Made by a program: the position numbers and the translations under genes. A stretch of DNA of 32,509 bases from a virus, in the IMG/VR virus record IMGVR_UViG_3300045988_111917; one strand, given 5' to 3'. The notes beneath the pieces were generated by a model that did not search any database, was not told the origin of the DNA, and saw only the letters and a list, made by a program, of their open reading frames with translations. Positions within the stretch are counted from its first letter, which is position 1, and each line of letters opens with the position of its first letter. Shown in pieces: positions 27,282 to 32,509 of this stretch.

Positions 27282-30200
27282 ATGGCAAAGGGCAGCATCG
27301 CGACCGCATGGATACAAGTACTTCCATCGTTGGAAGGCTTGCATTCCGCACTTGTCAAAGCAAGCAAGGGCGCGGTGCTCACCCCCGCCATCAAACCCAA
27401 ACTGGCATCCGGCACAAGCCGACTCTTCGCATCGAACGGCTTGGGCATGTCCAAACTGTTTTCTGGCTCGTTCAATAAGAGCCTCAACCTGCAAGGCGGC
27501 GTGAAAAACGCGCTCAACAGCGTGTTCGCATCCTTTAGTTCCAGTGGATGGCGTTCCGCCAACGCTTTCGGCAAAGGCTTCGCGAACCTCGACCTCAACA
27601 AGTATCTGAATGCAGCAGCCGCCATCGCCGCTGTGGCATCGGTCGGCAAGGCCGTCAAAAACGTCACGTCCGACATCATCGAAATGGGCAACCAGTGGGG
27701 TCGGACCACCGCCATGCTGAAGAACGCGGTAGGCACCACCGGAGACTACACGGGCTCGCTCGAAATGTCGCTGAAATATGCGAACGAGGTCGGCGTCACC
27801 ACTGACGATTTCATCCAGTCGGCGGCACGTCTTCGCACGCTCGCGCCGGAAGTCGTGACCAATTACGGTGACGCGGCGAAATTCACCAAACTGCTCGACA
27901 TGAACATGGTCAGCACCGGCGCGTCCACGCAGGAAGCGTCCAGTGCCATGCGGCAGATTACCCAAGCATTGGGCAAGGGCATCGTCAACGGCGATGAGCT
28001 GAATTCCATCATGGAGAACTCGCCGCAAATCGCACGAATGCTCGCCAAGCATCTCAACGCTTCCGTAGGCGACCTGAAACAGTTGGGCAAGGAAGGCTCC
28101 ATCAGCGGCCAAGCCCTCTACGATACGGTGCTTGAAAACGCCGACGCCATCGAAAAGCAGTTCCACGCCATGCCCGTCACGGCAGACCGCGCATGGAACA
28201 GCATCAAGAACACGGTCGGCGCAAGGTCGGCGGAAGCCACAACCGCATTATCCACTAACCTTGGTAAAGCGTTGACCGCCATCTCCAATTCGGGCATGAC
28301 GGACACGTTCGGCGAAATGCTCGCAGGATTCGTGCCATTGTCGAACGCGGCCGCTAAGTTGGCGACGACGTTCGTCAACCAGATTGCGCCAGCCGTCAAC
28401 AATGCGTTCAACGTGCAGCGGGTCGAACAGTTCCTCGCCCCATTGACGAATCTCATCAGCCTGAACTCGCAGAACGTCAACCTGCTATCCTCCTTGGCCG
28501 ATATGCTGAACACGGTGGGCGTCATCGGCGCCACCGCGTTCTCCCTCATGGTCGCCACGAACGACCGGTTCGCATCCCGTATCCCGTTCATCGGCCGCGC
28601 GCTGGTCGGCGTGAAGAACACGCTCGTCGGGCTTGGTTCCAGATTCACTGACGTGTTCGGAGCGGCGGTGTCCGCATCGTCAGCAGTCATCGACAAGCTC
28701 GCGTCCATGGCTGACGCGATGGCGAAAACGCTGTCAGAATCAACGAAAGCGCAGAACGCGCTCGGCAAGTTCAATGTCGCGTTCGAAGACTTGGGGACGT
28801 ACGCGTTCAGCTTCGGTGAGAAAGGCGCTGAAGGCTTCGAACTCATCCAGCAGGCCGCGACCAACCTGCGCAATGGTGTGGGACAGGCGTCCGAGAATGT
28901 GAAGCTGCTCCAAACCGGTTTGAACGCGATGGGAGCCGATGCGGAAGCGCTTCCCGAAGCGTTCCTCAAAGCGTTCGAAACCCTCAACACCGAAGTGGAT
29001 GCCGCCGCGCGGAAGAAGGCCCCATCCCTCATCCAAGCGTTCCATGACATTCGCGCCGCCGCCGACACCATCGTAGTGGATTCCGGCATCTACCGTTCAT
29101 TGGACACGGCCGGACAGAGCGCGGACATCTACCGTGACAAGCTCGTGCAGGTCGGACGCGAGTTCAAAGACCTCACCGGCCTGAACATTCCAGACATGTT
29201 CCTCCCATTGGTCGGCTCCGCCGTGTCCGCGTCCGACAGCATCATGCAGACGTTCGGCAACCTGAAGGCCGGATTGTCCAACTATGCCGCGAACACGGCG
29301 CAGCAGTGGGCGCCGGTCAAGGAGATTCTCGCCGAAGCATTCTCAAACGCCGCAGCATCCGTCAAAACGAAGATGGAGGCCATGTGTGCCGCCGTCGAAT
29401 CCGGCGCACTCTCCATGGTCGAGAACGTGAAGGGCTGGGCGTCCGAGTTCAAGACGGCGTTCGACGAAATGCTGGACACGAGCGGCATCAGCGACACCAT
29501 GTCAAAGCTCGGGACTGCGGTAGGCAATGGGCTTTCCACTGTCAAGGGCGCGCTCAAGTCGTTTGGCTCCGAAGCGGCGTCCACGTTGTCTGAGCCGTTC
29601 GACGGTCTTGCTGAAAAGATTTTCGGCTCGTTCAAAGGGCGGAATCCGTTCGCGCCGTTGACGTCCGCAGCTAAGACTGTGAGCGCCGGACTCTCGGCCA
29701 CGGTCGGCGGCGCCGTGTCGCGTCTTGCCGGACGGTTCAGCCCGTTGGCGTCCGCCGGAAAGGCAGCCTTCGCCACCATCGGCTCCGCCGCGTTGAAGGT
29801 GTCTTCCGGCGCGTTGAAGGGATTCGGCGCGGCCGTGAATGGAGTCGGCGCGGCAATCGGCAAGATTGGCGGCATCGCATCCCAGTTGGGCGTGACCGGC
29901 GCATTGTTCGCCGGCCTGACCACCGGATTCCAGACACTGTTCAAACTCGACCCGTCCCAGATGGTCGGCAAGTTCGACGAATGGCAGAAAAGCCTCGACA
30001 ACACGCTTACCGGCATCCAGACGAAACTGCCCGCCATGGCGAACGCGTTCGCTGCCGCCCTACCGCAGATGGAGGCGAGCGTCACCGCCGCACTGCCGGG
30101 CATCGCCAACGCGCTCATGAGCGTCGGACAGACGCTCGCACCCGCGTTGATGACGATACTGCCGCAAATCACCCAAGCGTTCTCCGACGTGTTCGCCCAG

Positions 30201-31301
30201 CTGCCCGGCTTCATCGCCACCTACGGCCAGCCGATGCTGGAAGCGTTCGGCAGCCTGTTCGCCACACTCGCCGGACAGATCCCGTCGCTTATGACCTCGC
30301 TTGGTCAGGCGTTGATTACCGGCGTTCAGGTCGCGTTCAGCGCCATAAGCGACAATAGCGGGGCCATCGCCGGATTCATCAGCGGATTCGGCGCGTCCTT
30401 GGCTTCCGGCATTCAGACGTTGGGCGCCACCGTTGTGGCCGCGCTCCCGTCCATCGGACAGAGCATCGCCACCGCGCTGCCGACGCTGATTCCGACGTTG
30501 ACGTCCGCCATCACAAGCGTGATAACCTCGTTGGCTGCAGCATTGCCGGGCATTGCCGTCGCCATCATCAACCAGCTGCCGGCAATCATCGGTGGTTTGG
30601 CTACCGGCATCGTCAACGGTCTGCCGACACTGATTAGCGCTTTTATCAGCGTTGCGACCAGCATTGCAGCGAACTTTCCAAGCATTTTCATGGCCGTTGC
30701 GCTCGCTGTCCCTGCGATTATCGGGGACATCGCCCGACCTTTCGCCGGATTGGGTGGTCGTATTCTCGGCTACATCAGGAGCATTCCGGGCAAAATCATG
30801 GGCGTGTTCGCCGGTGCCGGGTCGTGGCTGGTCGATTCCGGCGCCGCGTTGATGAACGGTTTCAAGCAGGGTATCGTCAACGCGGTCGAAAGCGTGAAGA
30901 GCGCGGTGAAGGGTGCGTTGCAGAAGGTTCGAGACTTCTTCCCGTTCTCTCCCGCTAAGGTCGGCCCGTTCTCCGGTTCAGGCTACACGTCCGTGTCGGG
31001 CGAGCATCTTATGCGCGACTTCGGCAAGGCCATCGGCGCCCAAGGCGCGTTCGTACGCGGTCAGGTCGATGGCGTGCTCGGCTCCTTGGATTTCGACCAG
31101 ATTGACGCGACAAATCTGGGCATGGTGTCGGCGCCACGGCTTAAAGACTATACTGGAATGGTGTCGGCTGGCGACCAGCGGTATGCTGGCGGCGTCCACA
31201 TCGACAATGTGGTTGCAAGCCCGTTGAGTGACGTGGAACTCGTGGCCCGCCGATTCGGATACGCTTTGAACAATGAGATGATTGGAAGTGTCAGACCTTG
31301 A
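27282..31301 (+). CDS. Tape measure protein
   Basis: 1339 aa, Ala/Gly/Ser-rich helical protein with a hydrophobic C-terminal third. Lies directly after the chaperones. Confidence 0.95.
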   Translation: MAKGSIATAWIQVLPSLEGLHSALVKASKGAVLTPAIKPKLASGTSRLFASNGLGMSKLFSGSFNKSLNLQGGVKNALNSVFASFSSSGWRSANAFGKGFANLDLNKYLNAAAAIAAVASVGKAVKNVTSDIIEMGNQWGRTTAMLKNAVGTTGDYTGSLEMSLKYANEVGVTTDDFIQSAARLRTLAPEVVTNYGDAAKFTKLLDMNMVSTGASTQEASSAMRQITQALGKGIVNGDELNSIMENSPQIARMLAKHLNASVGDLKQLGKEGSISGQALYDTVLENADAIEKQFHAMPVTADRAWNSIKNTVGARSAEATTALSTNLGKALTAISNSGMTDTFGEMLAGFVPLSNAAAKLATTFVNQIAPAVNNAFNVQRVEQFLAPLTNLISLNSQNVNLLSSLADMLNTVGVIGATAFSLMVATNDRFASRIPFIGRALVGVKNTLVGLGSRFTDVFGAAVSASSAVIDKLASMADAMAKTLSESTKAQNALGKFNVAFEDLGTYAFSFGEKGAEGFELIQQAATNLRNGVGQASENVKLLQTGLNAMGADAEALPEAFLKAFETLNTEVDAAARKKAPSLIQAFHDIRAAADTIVVDSGIYRSLDTAGQSADIYRDKLVQVGREFKDLTGLNIPDMFLPLVGSAVSASDSIMQTFGNLKAGLSNYAANTAQQWAPVKEILAEAFSNAAASVKTKMEAMCAAVESGALSMVENVKGWASEFKTAFDEMLDTSGISDTMSKLGTAVGNGLSTVKGALKSFGSEAASTLSEPFDGLAEKIFGSFKGRNPFAPLTSAAKTVSAGLSATVGGAVSRLAGRFSPLASAGKAAFATIGSAALKVSSGALKGFGAAVNGVGAAIGKIGGIASQLGVTGALFAGLTTGFQTLFKLDPSQMVGKFDEWQKSLDNTLTGIQTKLPAMANAFAAALPQMEASVTAALPGIANALMSVGQTLAPALMTILPQITQAFSDVFAQLPGFIATYGQPMLEAFGSLFATLAGQIPSLMTSLGQALITGVQVAFSAISDNSGAIAGFISGFGASLASGIQTLGATVVAALPSIGQSIATALPTLIPTLTSAITSVITSLAAALPGIAVAIINQLPAIIGGLATGIVNGLPTLISAFISVATSIAANFPSIFMAVALAVPAIIGDIARPFAGLGGRILGYIRSIPGKIMGVFAGAGSWLVDSGAALMNGFKQGIVNAVESVKSAVKGALQKVRDFFPFSPAKVGPFSGSGYTSVSGEHLMRDFGKAIGAQGAFVRGQVDGVLGSLDFDQIDATNLGMVSAPRLKDYTGMVSAGDQRYAGGVHIDNVVASPLSDVELVARRFGYALNNEMIGSVRP

Positions 31302-32131
31302 GCACGATAACCGTCACCGTGGGTGACATCACGCTTTACGGCGACGCCGGACACGAGTTCACACTGGTGTCCATGAGTGGTTTCGACGATTTGCCGTCAG
31401 CCAAGACCGAACAGGATTCTTGGGCCAGGGCTGACGGCAACGCCATTCCCGGCACGACGTATTATGATGGGCGCACCATCACCATCAACGGATACTATGC
31501 GACCAGCACGGTCGAAAATACAGATGAGATGATGCGCCGTCTCCGCGGCATGGCCGGACGGTTGGTGCCAGTCACCGTGCAGAAGGGCGCTGGCATCGCA
31601 TTGTCATGCGATGCGGAACTCAGGTCGATGACCGTGGACGAATACCGGTATCGTGGGAAGGCCGCGTTCCAGATTGGACTGCTCGCGCCATCCCCCTATT
31701 TGTATGGGCCATTGCGTTCGCAGACGGTCGGCGTGCCGACAGACGGCGAAGGCATCCTCGACCCGCTGCTTGACCCATTGACTGAAGGCGAGGTCGGCAA
31801 TCCGGGACGTGTCGCCATCACCGGAAGCGGTTTTGCGCCGACGCATCTTGTCGTGAAAATCAGAGGCGGACTATCCGAAGGCGTGCGCATCCACTGCGTC
31901 GAAACCGGCGAAGCGGTCGAATTTCACCGTCAAATCAACCCAGACGAGACGATGGTGTTCGACTTCGACGATGAGCGCGTGCTGTTCCAGAACCAGTCTG
32001 ATTTGAGCATGTTCCTCACGGAAGAGAACTGGTTCCGTCCTTCGGGCGATGCGACGATACAGTTCACACCACTGGGCGTGCAGTCGGGCACACCGTCGAT
32101 GACGGTCGAATGGAAGGAGGCTTGGAGGTGA
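31298..32131 (+). CDS. Distal tail protein (Dit, Sipho_tail-like)
   Basis: 277 aa. TTG overlaps the TMP stop (TTGA). Position after the TMP. N-terminal beta-rich region ...RADGNAIPGTTYYDGRTITINGY. Confidence 0.75.
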   Translation: MSTITVTVGDITLYGDAGHEFTLVSMSGFDDLPSAKTEQDSWARADGNAIPGTTYYDGRTITINGYYATSTVENTDEMMRRLRGMAGRLVPVTVQKGAGIALSCDAELRSMTVDEYRYRGKAAFQIGLLAPSPYLYGPLRSQTVGVPTDGEGILDPLLDPLTEGEVGNPGRVAITGSGFAPTHLVVKIRGGLSEGVRIHCVETGEAVEFHRQINPDETMVFDFDDERVLFQNQSDLSMFLTEENWFRPSGDATIQFTPLGVQSGTPSMTVEWKEAWR

Positions 32132-32509
32132 AAATCTATCTCGCGGATTTGCTGACCGGGCGCCGCATCATCCCATTGCCGCACACTTCCGCCGAATGGG
32201 AGATGAAACTGAACGACACCGACTCGCTCACCGTCAAAGTGCCCATCTACGCTTCGACCGACGACACGCGCGTCCAATATATCGCGAACGACGCGCGACT
32301 GTTGGATTTGAGGAACACCGCGGCCATCGGCAAGACCGTCATGGTCGCGGAGGATGATGGGCTGACGGTCGGCGGAGTGCTCATGCGTCGAGACTATGAC
32401 GCCGATTCTGGCATCCTCACCTTGGTCGCTTCAGGCATGTGGACGTATTTTGACCATAGGACGATTCTTCCGGCGAAGGCGATGGGGAAAAGCCTCATCA
32501 AGTCTGACG
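32128..32509 (+). CDS. Tail-associated (Tal-like) protein, N-terminal part; continues at nt 56 (equivalently nt 1 after removing the overlap)
   Basis: GTG 32128 overlaps the Dit stop (GTGA). The frame is open to the window end and in phase with 1..855. Confidence 0.75.
   Translation, partial: MKIYLADLLTGRRIIPLPHTSAEWEMKLNDTDSLTVKVPIYASTDDTRVQYIANDARLLDLRNTAAIGKTVMVAEDDGLTVGGVLMRRDYDADSGILTLVASGMWTYFDHRTILPAKAMGKSLIKSD
32455..32509. repeat. Terminal 55-nt overlap identical to 1..55
   Basis: Exact match to the first 55 nt. Confidence 0.95.

Overview
The window is one complete, circularly closed phage genome of about 32,454 bp. It is a tailed dsDNA phage of siphovirus type: a 1339-aa tape measure, a tail-tube protein and no sheath. 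GC content is in the high 50s percent by eye. Several signals look Actinobacteria-like: an r1t-type holin, a GH25+SH3b endolysin, TANNNT-type -10 boxes and an apparently leaderless lysis transcript.

nt 1-55 recur exactly at 32455-32509, so the ORF leaving the right end (from 32128) re-enters in frame at nt 1. Two divergent arms start from a 1.1-kb non-coding hub (14214-15353).

Rightward arm (15354 -> 32509/1 -> 4188): primase-helicase, small proteins, scaffold, four head-tail connector/tail-completion genes, a MuF-like protein, two small proteins, a putative small portal, TerL and HNH. A 334-nt gap follows, then major capsid, major tail, chaperones with a G GGA AAA -1 frameshift, TMP, Dit, Tal, a fibre with an S74 chaperone, an RBP, and a TM protein-holin-endolysin cassette.

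Leftward arm (14213 -> 4279): three small ORFs, each behind its own copy of a ~70-bp promoter+RBS cassette, then an Amidoligase_2-type ligase paired with a class-II (Ntn) amidotransferase. After these come Erf, a gp2.5-like SSB, an HTH protein, VRR-NUC, a YqaJ-type exonuclease, an SNF2 helicase, a MazG-like protein, dCTP deaminase and tiny Zn-ribbon/TM proteins.

No integrase, repressor, tRNA, CRISPR array, reverse transcriptase or transposase was seen.

Best candidates for something new:
(i) The tail-tube gene appears to be extended by a -1 frameshift (C CCA AAA) into a CBM20-like module. It then continues, across an in-frame TAG lying inside a fold, into a low-GC CBM_4_9-like jelly roll.
(ii) The early amidoligase/amidotransferase pair carries unusual extra domains.
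(iii) The control hub is repeat-rich: triplicated promoter cassettes, 21-bp boxes flanking 3x17-bp iterons, (TGG)8 plus a 32-nt alternating purine/pyrimidine tract, and an 18-bp inverted repeat around the primase promoter.

All functional calls come from motif recognition by eye; no database searches were run.
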